Positions 40,312 to 50,351 of a DNA stretch of 64,000 nucleotides are shown piece after piece (positions within the stretch are counted from its first letter, which is position 1; each line of letters begins with the position of its first letter). Both the position numbers and the translations under genes were made by a program. The notes under the pieces are model-generated. The model was not told the origin of the DNA and searched no databases. It saw only the letters and a list, made by a program, of their open reading frames with translations. Source of the DNA: Candidatus Hodarchaeota archaeon (GTDB lineage Archaea > Asgardarchaeota > Heimdallarchaeia > Hodarchaeales > Hodarchaeaceae); contig JAEOTC010000086.1 of NCBI GenBank assembly GCA_016840035.1, positions 83,175 through 147,174 on the forward strand. Direction: 5' to 3'.

Positions 40312-41067
40312 ATGACACAAGAGAAAACATCTCTACTTTTAGATAATGGAAGACGTTTAGATGGTAGAGAACTTCATGAATTACGTCCAATTACTATGCG
40401 AAGTAGTGTGTTGGATAGAGCAGATGGGAGTTGTTACCTCACTTGGGGTAATAACAAAATTATATGTGCAGTATATGGTCCTAGAGAATTGCATCCAAAA
40501 CATTTAGCTAAACCAGATCGAGCTATCGTTCGTGTTGAATATCGACTAGCCACATTTTCTGTAAATGAACGAAAAAGTCCCGCTCCTAGAAGAAGGGAAT
40601 ATGAATTAAGTAAATTAATTAAAGAGTCTTTAGATGCAGTTCTATTCTTAGAAAAATTTCCTAACGGCACAATTGATGTTTATATCACGGTTTTAGATGC
40701 AGATGGAGGAACCCGATGTGCTGCTCTAACAGCGGCATCGATAGCCCTAGCCGACGCCGGTATTCCAATGAAAGGATTCATTACGGGCTGTGCGGTTGGA
40801 AAAGTTGCCGATAAAATGGTTGTTGACTTATCTGATGTTGAAGATAAAGATGGCCAAGGTGATATGCCCGTAGCTATGAATCATAACACCGGGGAAATCA
40901 CTCTGCTTCAATGTGATGGAGAATTCACAACTGATGAGGTAAAAGAAGGATTATCACTCGCAGTTGATGCAATTGGTGAGGTTTACAAGATGCAAAGAGA
41001 AGCAGTTTTAGCGAAATACACCCAAATCGAGGGAAAAATAGATGACTTGGGAGAAGAAGAGGAATAG
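40312..41067 (+). CDS. rrp41: Exosome core Rrp41
   Basis: RLDGR..ELRP, YGPRE and DGGTR motifs. Confidence 0.96.
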   Translation: MTQEKTSLLLDNGRRLDGRELHELRPITMRSSVLDRADGSCYLTWGNNKIICAVYGPRELHPKHLAKPDRAIVRVEYRLATFSVNERKSPAPRRREYELSKLIKESLDAVLFLEKFPNGTIDVYITVLDADGGTRCAALTAASIALADAGIPMKGFITGCAVGKVADKMVVDLSDVEDKDGQGDMPVAMNHNTGEITLLQCDGEFTTDEVKEGLSLAVDAIGEVYKMQREAVLAKYTQIEGKIDDLGEEEE

Positions 41068-41931
41068 GTGAATATCATGCGTTCAGAAGCAATAGTTGGC
41101 GTTTTAGAAAAACAATACGTCACTAAATTACTTGAAAAGGGAAAGAGAGTTGATGGAAGAGGCTTATTGGATAGTAGACCAATACAAATCATTCCAAATG
41201 TAGTTAAGAAAGCTGAAGGGTCTGCGATGGTAAAATGGGGAGATACTGTTGTCCTCGCAGGTGTTAAAGCCCAATTGGGTTCTCCATTTCCTGATACACC
41301 AAATGATGGAGTAATTACTGTCAATGCTGAAATCTCACCAATTTCATCACCAACCAATGAAAGTGGTCCACCTGGCCCTCGCACCGTTGAATTAGCGCGT
41401 GTAGTGGATCGTGGTATTCGTGAAAGTAAAGTACTTCCTATGAAGGATCCTAAACTTTGTGTAATCCCAGGAAAGAAAGTTTGGATTATATTTGTTGATA
41501 TCTATATCCTTGATGATGGTGGAAATTTATTTGATGCTGCAGCTCTGGGTGCTATAGCAGCAATTGCAAATACGCGTATAAAAAAGGTCGTTATTGATGA
41601 AGATCTAGAGGAAGTTACTCTTTTGGAAGAAACAGAACCTCTCCCAAGGAATGGATCTGTTGTGAGTCTTACTTTTGCAAAAATTGAAAATACAATAGTT
41701 TACGACCCAAATCTTATCGAAGATCGGGGAAAAGATGCTCGATTCTCATTAGCTCTGACTGATAAAGGAATCGTATGCTCAATGCAAAAAGGAGAGTCTG
41801 GAATCTTCACTCAGGAAGAATTTACAAAAATTTTAGACCAAAGTTCAGCGTTAGCTGCACCTTTACTTGAGAAAATTGAGGATTGTTCTCAATACCCTGA
41901 ACTGAATGAAATGTACAATTTTGAATTTTAA
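41068..41931 (+). CDS. rrp42: Exosome core Rrp42
   Basis: RVDGR, PFPDTP, ELARVVDRGIRES and DDGGN motifs. Confidence 0.96.
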   Translation: MNIMRSEAIVGVLEKQYVTKLLEKGKRVDGRGLLDSRPIQIIPNVVKKAEGSAMVKWGDTVVLAGVKAQLGSPFPDTPNDGVITVNAEISPISSPTNESGPPGPRTVELARVVDRGIRESKVLPMKDPKLCVIPGKKVWIIFVDIYILDDGGNLFDAAALGAIAAIANTRIKKVVIDEDLEEVTLLEETEPLPRNGSVVSLTFAKIENTIVYDPNLIEDRGKDARFSLALTDKGIVCSMQKGESGIFTQEEFTKILDQSSALAAPLLEKIEDCSQYPELNEMYNFEF

Positions 41932-41981
41932 CTGTCAAAAGGTAAAAAACAGACACTTAAAAATGGAAACTTGGTGGTAAA

Positions 41982-42257
41982 ATGGGTCGGACTAAGAAAG
42001 TAGGTTCAACTGGACGTTTTGGTACCCGTTATGGAGCTACAATTCGAAAACGAGTTAAAAAAATTGAGCAAGATTCGAAGAGATTTCACACTTGCCCTTC
42101 CTGCGACTCACTGAAAGTTAAACGTGTATCTATTGGAATTTGGCTGTGTAAATTCTGTGGACACAAATTTACTGGTGGTTCATGGGCTCCAGAAACCCCT
42201 GGAGGCAAGATTGCTCAAAGAACCGCGAAACGTCTTGCAACACAAACTGATTCTTAA
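41982..42257 (+). CDS. rpl37ae: Ribosomal protein eL43 (L37ae)
   Basis: GRFGTRYG, CPSC and CKFC motifs. Confidence 0.96.
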   Translation: MGRTKKVGSTGRFGTRYGATIRKRVKKIEQDSKRFHTCPSCDSLKVKRVSIGIWLCKFCGHKFTGGSWAPETPGGKIAQRTAKRLATQTDS

Positions 42258-42299
42258 GAGGGACTTCCCTTAGCGAGAATATTAACCGAATGAAGAATA

Positions 42300-42875
42300 A
42301 TGACGAATAATGAGAAGGAAGCTTCCCCTTCCTTTTTAATTACAACTTCTCATAATCCTTCTCATTTTCTTCGTCGTGTGAGTAAATTAATTTCCTATTC
42401 ACTCCCTACTTCAAAGAGAATAAACCGAGGATCCTTAAATCTCAAGGAATTACGCAATTTTTGCTGGAATACCGGTATTCAGAAAGTATTAATTATACAA
42501 GGTTCTAAATCAATAGATTCAGTATCTATCTGCTGTTATAACTTCATTGAATCTCTCCAGCAAATGAAAGCAGATATCATTCTTTCTAACTTTAATTTCC
42601 CTAAGAGAGGAGATACTAATTCGAGAATTGAAGTAACCAAGATTAATGTTAAATTTTCTCCCGAAATTCCGGCGAGTATTCGAAGATCTGTCCATAACTT
42701 CATGCATCCTTTAGTGCTTGAAGTCGGAGAGGATGTATCAAAGTCAAGTTTATTGATAGACTTTGAAGGATATTCAAATGGGAATATACTAGGAGTTGTA
42801 ACTAGGGCAGATTCGATAGATAAATCCCCTCTCTATTCATTTAAATTAAGTAATTGCTTGGAGGCGGAACCATGA
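42300..42875 (+). CDS. Brix/Imp4-domain protein
   Basis: LITTSHNPS..RINRG and conserved position after rpl37ae. Confidence 0.8.
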   Translation: MTNNEKEASPSFLITTSHNPSHFLRRVSKLISYSLPTSKRINRGSLNLKELRNFCWNTGIQKVLIIQGSKSIDSVSICCYNFIESLQQMKADIILSNFNFPKRGDTNSRIEVTKINVKFSPEIPASIRRSVHNFMHPLVLEVGEDVSKSSLLIDFEGYSNGNILGVVTRADSIDKSPLYSFKLSNCLEAEP

Positions 42876-43156
42876 GGGCCAAAGTTAGTGTAAGGACCAG
42901 AATCCAACTTGAATCATTGGAAGAGGCTGAATTTTTGTATGAATCCTTGTCTCCTGAAGTAAATGATCATCAATTTTTTCGATCAAGTATTACGCTGGAG
43001 TTGGATGGCACATCCTTGGTTGTACACGTTAATTCACATGATATTACTGCTGCAAAAGCAAATATTTCATCGATGCTACGATGGATTTCTTTGTTAACAG
43101 AGTTAATTCAAATTATCCCGAAGAAAATTGTAAATACAAAAAATAAATCTACTTAA
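42872..43156 (+). CDS. pcc1: KEOPS subunit Pcc1
   Basis: SLSPE..RS..DITAAKANISSMLRWI and superoperon position; ATG at 42872. Confidence 0.85.
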   Translation: MRAKVSVRTRIQLESLEEAEFLYESLSPEVNDHQFFRSSITLELDGTSLVVHVNSHDITAAKANISSMLRWISLLTELIQIIPKKIVNTKNKST

Positions 43157-43175
43157 TAACAGAGGAATTTCAAAA

Positions 43176-43520
43176 ATGGCACTCCCTGAACTCTCACCTG
43201 CTCAACAAGAACAACTAGTCCGATTTCGAACCTTAGAACAGAATATTCAGAATCTCCGCATTCAATTAAATGAGATAGAAAGAGCTCTCTCGGAAATAGA
43301 AGTTACAAAAAAGGAGTTACTAAATCTCGAAGGAGATACAGAAGTTTGGAAGGCTGTTGGAGGCGTTATGTTTCCAAAAAAGGCCCAAGATGTATTAAAA
43401 GAATTAACTGAGAAAGGAGAATTACTCGAAATCCAGAAAAAAGGGCTTTCCTCACAAGAAAAACAAAATGTTGAGCGTTTTGAAGAATTACAAAAGAAAC
43501 TAAGTCAAGATCTTGGATAA
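43176..43520 (+). CDS. pfdB: Prefoldin beta subunit
   Basis: Coiled coil with central VWKAVGGVM hairpin. Confidence 0.92.
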   Translation: MALPELSPAQQEQLVRFRTLEQNIQNLRIQLNEIERALSEIEVTKKELLNLEGDTEVWKAVGGVMFPKKAQDVLKELTEKGELLEIQKKGLSSQEKQNVERFEELQKKLSQDLG

Positions 43521-43566
43521 TTAAATTCTAATCATTCCTTCATCATAGCTAATCAGGTCGATTCTT

Positions 43567-43857
43567 TTGTCAATATTAAATCCTGATGATTTACTTGACC
43601 ATCTCTATGAAGAGATAAACAATTTCGTTGTTAAGGAAGCGGGGGAAGAATTAGGACATTACGAAATTGATATATCCCTTGATTCAGATAAGAAGGGGGA
43701 AATAAACATCGATATTTCCCTAGAACTCGAACTGATAGCATATTCTCAAATAGATGTTGAAGAGCTAACTAATAGAGCTATCGCCTATGGCGGAGAAATT
43801 GCAGATAAGTACTGCCCTCCACTTGCTAAGCTAAATATTTCCAAACGTAAATTATAA
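43567..43857 (+). CDS. DUF3194-like acidic protein
   Basis: Size, acidic composition and position after pfdB. Confidence 0.55.
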   Translation: MSILNPDDLLDHLYEEINNFVVKEAGEELGHYEIDISLDSDKKGEINIDISLELELIAYSQIDVEELTNRAIAYGGEIADKYCPPLAKLNISKRKL

Positions 43858-43873
43858 TATTGGTTGCATTGGG

Positions 43874-44821
43874 ATGGCTGAAACGAGCTGTTGTAGTAAT
43901 CCAGCATACACCAAAGATACAAAGACAAGGAAAAATCTTTGTCGTCAACATTTTTGTGAGCTATTTGAGAAACGGGTCAAAAAAACCATATCAAAGTACA
44001 AAATGCTGGCCCCTGAAGACCATATAGGACTTGGTTATTCGGGTGGGAAGGATAGTACTGCTCTGCTTCATTTTTTTTCGAACGTTCTTCTGACAAAATA
44101 TTCCAAGAATAAACTTACACTTATTGTCGTAGATGAAGGGATAAAAGGATATCGTGAGAGTGCCTTAGAAATAATAAAGAATATTTCCATGAAATACAAT
44201 TTTAGACACCTTATCATCTCTTTTTCAGAACTATACGGAGCAACATTGGATGAAATCGTCCACAAAAGCCATGAATCAGGGAGTTCCTTATCTGCTTGTG
44301 CTATCTGTGGAATCTTACGTAGAAGAGCACTCAACTATGGTAGCCATAAGGCAAAAGTAACAAAGATGGCAACAGCTCATAATTTGGATGATGAAGCTCA
44401 AACTATTGTTATGAATCTTTTACGCGGAGACACAGGTAAGTTCAAGAGGATCACTAGAACTCCAGTAAAAAGATTTTCTTCTCTTATACCTAGAATTCGG
44501 CCCTTTGTAAAAGTCTCAGAACCAGAGATAGTACTTTATGCGCATGCAAATAATCTTGAATACCATTCTGTACCCTGCCCGTATGCTTCCACTGCAATGC
44601 GTAATGACATACGAAATTTCTTATCAGAGATGGAAAATAAACGACCTAGTACACTGATAAATATTGTTAATGTTCATGACTCATTATCGCAATTCTTTAC
44701 GACACCTGAAATTACTTCCACTACATATTCATGTAAAATCTGTAAAGAATTAACAACACAAGAAATTTGTCCTGTATGTCAATTATTTGAGAAAATCGGC
44801 TTAAAGGTAAAAGTAACTTAA
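43874..44821 (+). CDS. tRNA 2-thiolation protein (TtuA/Ncs6, TIGR00269-like)
   Basis: SGGKDS PP-loop, CAICGILRR, HNLDDE, CPY and C-terminal Zn finger. Confidence 0.92.
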   Translation: MAETSCCSNPAYTKDTKTRKNLCRQHFCELFEKRVKKTISKYKMLAPEDHIGLGYSGGKDSTALLHFFSNVLLTKYSKNKLTLIVVDEGIKGYRESALEIIKNISMKYNFRHLIISFSELYGATLDEIVHKSHESGSSLSACAICGILRRRALNYGSHKAKVTKMATAHNLDDEAQTIVMNLLRGDTGKFKRITRTPVKRFSSLIPRIRPFVKVSEPEIVLYAHANNLEYHSVPCPYASTAMRNDIRNFLSEMENKRPSTLINIVNVHDSLSQFFTTPEITSTTYSCKICKELTTQEICPVCQLFEKIGLKVKVT

Positions 44822-44826
44822 TTTTC

Positions 44827-45099
44827 TCAGTCTTCCCCGACCGTAAGAAATTTATTCCCCTTTTGAATTCGTTTGATGACTCTTTGATTTTTCTTTATCG
44901 TTTGAACGTGAATTAATCCCTCAATTTCTAGTTTCATTAACGCTTGATTCAATTCTCGATCAGAAAATTCTCCTACATCAGATTCAAGGAGACGAGTAAG
45001 ATCATCTTCAAGGAGAATTCCCTCACGTCTCTCAACAATATTCATTATTGAGAAAGTCAGTGGAAAAGGCCTCCAATAAGGGTACTGTGGTGTTGTCAT
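44827..45099 (-). CDS. Small winged-helix protein downstream of cdc48
   Basis: ELNQALMKLEIEGLIHV wHTH signature. Confidence 0.75.
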   Translation of the reverse strand: MTTPQYPYWRPFPLTFSIMNIVERREGILLEDDLTRLLESDVGEFSDRELNQALMKLEIEGLIHVQTIKKNQRVIKRIQKGNKFLTVGED

Positions 45100-45245
45100 T
45101 AGATGTCACTAAACTGTGGATTAATTTCTCTTTTGGTATCGATATTAAAATTACGTATAGATGGTCGATCCTTTGACTGTAGAATTCAGTTTTCAAGTAA
45201 TAATAAATAATTATTTAAGTATTCGAAAACTAGCAATAACTTCAA

Positions 45246-47450
45246 TTACCCAAATAGTGGAATTGTTTGATGTGAATCCACTCCGATTCGACGACGGAAT
45301 TGGGATTCTTGATCTTTATACCATTTCATCATATCAGGGGTACAAGAGGAGTGTACACTCGTTAGCGCTTGTTCAAAATGTCTCCATAAGACAATATCAG
45401 CCTTCAAATTTTCCCGTAATGCCAGCATACCTGCTTCTCTACAAATAGCTTCTAGATCAGCTCCTACATAAAATTCTGTTTCCTTTGCAAGTCGATCTAG
45501 ATTAACATCTTCTCCTAATGGCATATCTCGTGTGTGAATCTCTAATATCTTCTTTCTACTATCTTCTTCGGGAGGTGGAATATATACTACTCTATCAAAG
45601 CGCCCTGGTCTAAGTAAAGCTGGATCAATCATATCAGGACGATTCGTTGCAGCTAAGACTGCGACGTCTCGAAGGGGCTCAATTCCCGCAAGTTCAGTTA
45701 ATAATTGACTTATAACGCGTTCATTAGCTCCAGATGAGTCAGCTGAACCACGTCTTGCTGCAACGGCATCAATTTCATCAAAGAAAATTAGTGCTGGTGC
45801 AGCTGTACGCGCTTTCCTGAAAACTTCTCTAATTGCTTTTTCACTCTCACCTACCCACTTTGAGATTAATTCAGGGCCTTTCACACTGATGAAGTTTACT
45901 TGACTTTCAGTAGCAATTGCTTTTGCTAGTAATGTTTTACCCGTGCCTGGAGCTCCGAACAATAAGACAGCTCGGGGTGGATTAATTCCTAGACGTTCAA
46001 AATTATCTTTCTGTTTAAATGGCCATTCAACAATTTCAATTAACTCTTGTTTTACTTGATCCATTCCGCCAATATTTGTCCATCTTACATTTGGAATTTC
46101 AATAAATACCTCTCGGATCGCAGAAGGATGAATTTCTTTTAAAGCATCCCCAAAATGACGATCTTCAACTTCCAAGTTATCTAAAACAGCTGGGGGAATT
46201 GTATCTTCACTGAGATTAATATCAGGGAGAATTTCACGTAGTTTTTTCATTGCAGCCTCTCGACCAAGGGCCGCTAGATCAGCCCCCACAAATCCATGCG
46301 TAATAACTGCTAAGTGTTTTATATCCACTTTCTCAATGCCAGGCATTCGTCTAGTGTGGATTTGAAGGATCTCTAATCTCTCATTTTGATCGGGAACTCC
46401 GATTTCAATTTCTCTGTCAAATCTCCCCGGTCTTCTAAGAGCTGGATCGACTGCATTAGGACGGTTTGTAGCACCAATAACAATAGTTTCGCCACGACTT
46501 TCTAAACCATCCATTAACGCTAGAATTTGCGCAACGACTCGTCTCTCAACTTCTCCTGTAACATCTTCCCTTTTAGGAGCAATAGCATCAATTTCATCAA
46601 TAAAAATAATACTTGGAGCATTATCCTCCGCTTCTTTGAAGATGTCTCTTAGTCTCGCCTCACTCTCACCATAGAATTTTGACATAATTTCTGGACCCTG
46701 AATAGGTATGAAGTGTGCTTCAGATTCATTCGCAACTGCTTTTGCAATGAGAGTTTTCCCCGTTCCTGGAGGACCATGTAATAACACTCCCTTCGGAGGA
46801 TCTATTCCTAATTTCTTAAAAAGCTCTGGATGCTTTAGAGGGAGTTCTACCATTTCACGGATTTTCTGAATTGCATCTGAAAGCCCTCCGATATCTTCAT
46901 AACTTACTCCTGGCATGCTAGTTTCAGCTTCAGAAATGGGTTTTTCTGACACATTAAGTTTTGTTGTATCAGTAATCAGTACAATATCCGCAGGAGTTGT
47001 AGAATTAACTACAAACGGAATTGACCTTCCTAAAATAGGTATAAGGACAGTATCATTTTTGGAAACTGGATAACCAAGTAATTTTCGTTTTACGAAAGCT
47101 TCAAATCCGTAATCTAAAGAAATTTGGCGAGTAGGAGCAATATTAACAGTTTTAGCTACTTTAATTTGAGCTTTACGGATGCGAACATTCTCCTCTAGAG
47201 ATACTTTGGCGTTTCGCCTAATTATTCCGTCCATACGAACAATACCAGCACCCTGATCTTCAATGTAGGCGGGCCAAGCAATAGCACCTGTTTTTTGGCG
47301 CCCCCGAATCTCGACCACATCCCCCGTTGTTATACCGATCTCCCTCATATTGATATCGTCCATTCGGATTTTTCCGCGACCTACATCCCTTTGTCTGGCT
47401 TCAGCTACCTTTAATACTACTTCGTTTGCCAAATTATTCCGCCAACTCAA
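45246..47450 (-). CDS. cdc48: CDC48/VAT AAA+ ATPase
   Basis: Double-psi N-domain and two AAA modules ([25 protein letters not shown]). Confidence 0.97.
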   Translation of the reverse strand: MSWRNNLANEVVLKVAEARQRDVGRGKIRMDDINMREIGITTGDVVEIRGRQKTGAIAWPAYIEDQGAGIVRMDGIIRRNAKVSLEENVRIRKAQIKVAKTVNIAPTRQISLDYGFEAFVKRKLLGYPVSKNDTVLIPILGRSIPFVVNSTTPADIVLITDTTKLNVSEKPISEAETSMPGVSYEDIGGLSDAIQKIREMVELPLKHPELFKKLGIDPPKGVLLHGPPGTGKTLIAKAVANESEAHFIPIQGPEIMSKFYGESEARLRDIFKEAEDNAPSIIFIDEIDAIAPKREDVTGEVERRVVAQILALMDGLESRGETIVIGATNRPNAVDPALRRPGRFDREIEIGVPDQNERLEILQIHTRRMPGIEKVDIKHLAVITHGFVGADLAALGREAAMKKLREILPDINLSEDTIPPAVLDNLEVEDRHFGDALKEIHPSAIREVFIEIPNVRWTNIGGMDQVKQELIEIVEWPFKQKDNFERLGINPPRAVLLFGAPGTGKTLLAKAIATESQVNFISVKGPELISKWVGESEKAIREVFRKARTAAPALIFFDEIDAVAARRGSADSSGANERVISQLLTELAGIEPLRDVAVLAATNRPDMIDPALLRPGRFDRVVYIPPPEEDSRKKILEIHTRDMPLGEDVNLDRLAKETEFYVGADLEAICREAGMLALRENLKADIVLWRHFEQALTSVHSSCTPDMMKWYKDQESQFRRRIGVDSHQTIPLFG

Positions 47451-47611
47451 TGAAAGCCTATGAAATATTGATTCTAATCTTGTTCAAAATAATTATATTT
47501 AATATGAGTTTTCTTTTGGAGATTCGAAATTATCGCTTGTAGAATGAATTCTTCCTTTAATTCATTCCCCGATTTATTCCCTATGATCGGGAATACTAAA
47601 AGAATTAACTT

Positions 47612-47899
47612 CTAGTAATCAATAATTGTTTGAAGTTCTATTTCGCAATTATCAATATCTTCTACATCAATAAGTCGTTGCTCAAAAGTCTGAAGAACTT
47701 CATTTCCTTCATCAGAATCAACTGTCTTGACGAAGAGTTTCATAGCAACTAATCCAAAAAACAGAGGTTCCTCCTCGTATTTTAGTATTTCTATCTCTAA
47801 TCCTTCGGATAATTCACCTTTCGCTTTAGTTAGTAGTTCCTCTCGATTTGCTTCTGGAGAAGCAGGGATTACTTTTAATATCGATAAGACATTAGACAT
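47612..47899 (-). CDS. ef1b: Elongation factor 1-beta
   Basis: EEPLFFGL motif; position after the Zn-ribbon gene. Confidence 0.88.
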   Translation of the reverse strand: MSNVLSILKVIPASPEANREELLTKAKGELSEGLEIEILKYEEEPLFFGLVAMKLFVKTVDSDEGNEVLQTFEQRLIDVEDIDNCEIELQTIIDY

Positions 47900-47964
47900 G
47901 ATTGATCATCTTAATAATTCAATTGTTAAATCACAAAATATTATCATGAAACATTATTATAAAA

Positions 47965-48147
47965 TTAAGGTCCAGAAAATCCACAATTAGGACAAATATA
48001 TCTGTTTCCAAGTTTTCGACATCGCTCACATCGGATGATCGGGATCATTCCGCATGATGGACATGGAAAACGAGCCGTTCCATGTTCACTTGGCATAACT
48101 GCAACTTGACAAGGATTACAACGTTGCATTTTTATGTTTTCACTCAT
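47965..48147 (-). CDS. Zn-ribbon protein (DUF1610/HVO_2753-like)
   Basis: CNPC..FPCPSCG..RCERCR..YICPNCGFSGP; start reassigned to ATG 48147. Confidence 0.9.
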   Translation of the reverse strand: MSENIKMQRCNPCQVAVMPSEHGTARFPCPSCGMIPIIRCERCRKLGNRYICPNCGFSGP

Positions 48148-48509
48148 TCCAGTAACCTCTTTGCCTATTTGCCTCGGATAAGAATGCGATAATAAAAGCT
48201 TCTCTTGAGTTTTGAAGACTATTCGCAAGTGAAGGGATTTATTGCTTGAGTTTCGGAGTATTTCACCATTCTTTCCATTTAGTTGCATATTGCCTCTATA
48301 TACAAAGAAAGTTTGCCTCAATTCGTTTTTATTACTCGAATCGAGTATTTTTAGGATAAAATACTTTCCCACTAAGATATTAGTAACCTTGGAGACAGGG
48401 AAAAAGAACTTCTTATTACGTAAGATAATGATTTCAATTGGTTAACTTCCAAGAAAATTTTAGGTTTTAATAAATCAATCGATAATTTACTTGATGACTC
48501 AAATAGAAG

Positions 48510-48938
48510 GTGAAATTCTTGGCTACTTTTGAAAACATGACATTAGGCGATAATAATGGATATAATTCAATGGAACAGGTTCAAAAAATTATTGATGGTC
48601 TTGGAACGGTAAAAGGCGTAAAAAAAGTTCTACTAGTAACTGAGGAAGGTTTTCCTATAATATCTGCTAGAACCTTACCTATGTCAGACGAGGTGGAGAC
48701 TGTTGTATCAGCAATGGTAGCAGGTATTGTGAGTACATTTTCAAGTGCATGTATTCAGCTAAATTTGGGAGATCAAGTGGATTTCATTCACGTTCAAACA
48801 CCTATAGGATTAGGAATTATATCAAAGGTACAAAGTACAATTCTTGTATTAATAACCGATTCTAATGTAAAATTAGGTTTGATGCACTATTTAGTTACAT
48901 CCACCAAGATGAAACTTCTTAAAACAAGGGAATTTTGA
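48510..48938 (+). CDS. Roadblock/LC7 domain protein
   Basis: GVKKVLLVTEEGFPI..VSAMVA..VKLGLM motif. Confidence 0.9.
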   Translation: MKFLATFENMTLGDNNGYNSMEQVQKIIDGLGTVKGVKKVLLVTEEGFPIISARTLPMSDEVETVVSAMVAGIVSTFSSACIQLNLGDQVDFIHVQTPIGLGIISKVQSTILVLITDSNVKLGLMHYLVTSTKMKLLKTREF

Positions 48939-49060
48939 TCCAATTATTGAAGAAATTAATTAAATAGGAATCAAAGTTCGATAAAAACTTTATTTCTCTA
49001 AAGTCAAGCTTTTATTAACCCCGAATTCTAGAGACTCCTCATGACATTTTTATTCTCAAA

Positions 49061-49552
49061 ATGATGAGAATTGTCATGATAGGTGAATTTATAGTGACTT
49101 TGAATGAATCCCAGTTACAACTTTTTCCTGTTCCTTGTACATCAGGAATGGAACCGAACTGTATACTTGATCCTGATCACCCGTGTTGTGAGAACATAAA
49201 ACGCGAAACTATTGAGTTTAAAAATGGATTACTTGTGAAACAGGGAAATTCTGCAATTGTCTCTCTAAAATTATCTTTTAATGATCCTGTGGAAGAATTC
49301 ATATTTGACCGTATTCGGAATGATTTGTGGAGAAATCCTGGTAGTCATGTGAAAGTCATTAGAGCTCCAGAAGAAGGATTTCAGATTTCATTCTTCCTTA
49401 CGACCGAGATGGTGAAAACTCAGAATCAAAGGGAGAATCTGATTTCTTATTGGGAAGACTTTGCAATTAACATTCGCCAGGTCTTAACTGATGGTAAAAT
49501 GGCAGTCAACAAGTTTGTAAGAAGTAGAACGACAAGACTAAGACTGGATTGA
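49061..49552 (+). CDS. ARP2/3 complex subunit 4 (ARPC4/p20)-like protein
   Basis: NSAIVS..DPVEEF..RAPEEGFQISFFLT..KMAVN aligns by eye with ARPC4 NSVRVS..DEIEKI..RKPVEGYDISFLIT..KLSVN. Confidence 0.8.
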   Translation: MMRIVMIGEFIVTLNESQLQLFPVPCTSGMEPNCILDPDHPCCENIKRETIEFKNGLLVKQGNSAIVSLKLSFNDPVEEFIFDRIRNDLWRNPGSHVKVIRAPEEGFQISFFLTTEMVKTQNQRENLISYWEDFAINIRQVLTDGKMAVNKFVRSRTTRLRLD

Positions 49553-49637
49553 ATATTATCGAATCCATATTGCAGGAATTGAACCCCTTCCCTATCTAAA
49601 TTATTTCAAAAAAAAAGAGAGATGGATTTCCCCTAAA

Positions 49638-50111
49638 TTATACAGCAATATCATATCCTGCACTATATATGGGATCCTGAGCTTCTCCATCAACTGAATA
49701 CTCGACTTTGATACGTACTTCATCATAAGCTCCAGGAGCAAAGGTGAAGACCATATCAATCTTGGATTGACTGGTTGCTATATTGAATGGAAAATTCGTT
49801 GAAGTATTATCATCATTAGTGAAAACAGCCCATGCACCAGATCCAGTTCTTCCTTCTAGAGTAACATTAGTTACTGCGACTGTGTCTGCGAGTTCATTGG
49901 TTAATGTAAACGTCAATTTGTCATTAAAACCATCAGTATCGATGTCTGAGAGGGTGGTTTTCCCGAATTTTAATTCTCCAGATGATTGGATCATCGGTAA
50001 CACAACTACAAACAATACAGCACCTGCAGCAACTGCGAGTCCAATTAGCAAAATAGCTGCTAATATTGGGCTTACAGCTCTTCTTCGTCTATATATTTTT
50101 ACTAAATTCAT
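49638..50111 (-). CDS. Archaeal type IV pilin-like protein
   Basis: Class III signal RRRRA/VSPILAAILLIGLAVAAG; start reassigned to ATG 50111. Confidence 0.88.
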   Translation of the reverse strand: MNLVKIYRRRRAVSPILAAILLIGLAVAAGAVLFVVVLPMIQSSGELKFGKTTLSDIDTDGFNDKLTFTLTNELADTVAVTNVTLEGRTGSGAWAVFTNDDNTSTNFPFNIATSQSKIDMVFTFAPGAYDEVRIKVEYSVDGEAQDPIYSAGYDIAV

Positions 50112-50351
50112 TTTACTTAATTCTCCGTGAAATATGTTCAATTTCTTTCCGTATGAGCGGAATTAGCAATATTGGTATATATTGGATATTATTTAAGCAT
50201 TTCATTTCATATGCTCAGAGCTTAATAAGCAGAGTTGAATAAAATATCCGAGAGTCTAGAAAACGATTCTAGGAAAGATGAGTGCGGAATATTGATTCGG
50301 ATAACTTATTATCATACTCATCCTAAAATGGACAAAAGGTGCATTTCAAGA

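Noticed and set aside
38097-43857. Proteasome/exosome superoperon as a novelty
   Set aside because: Well-known conserved archaeal gene order
48148-48372. N-terminal extension of the Zn-ribbon ORF
   Set aside because: The family is about 60 aa, so ATG 48147 is the better start
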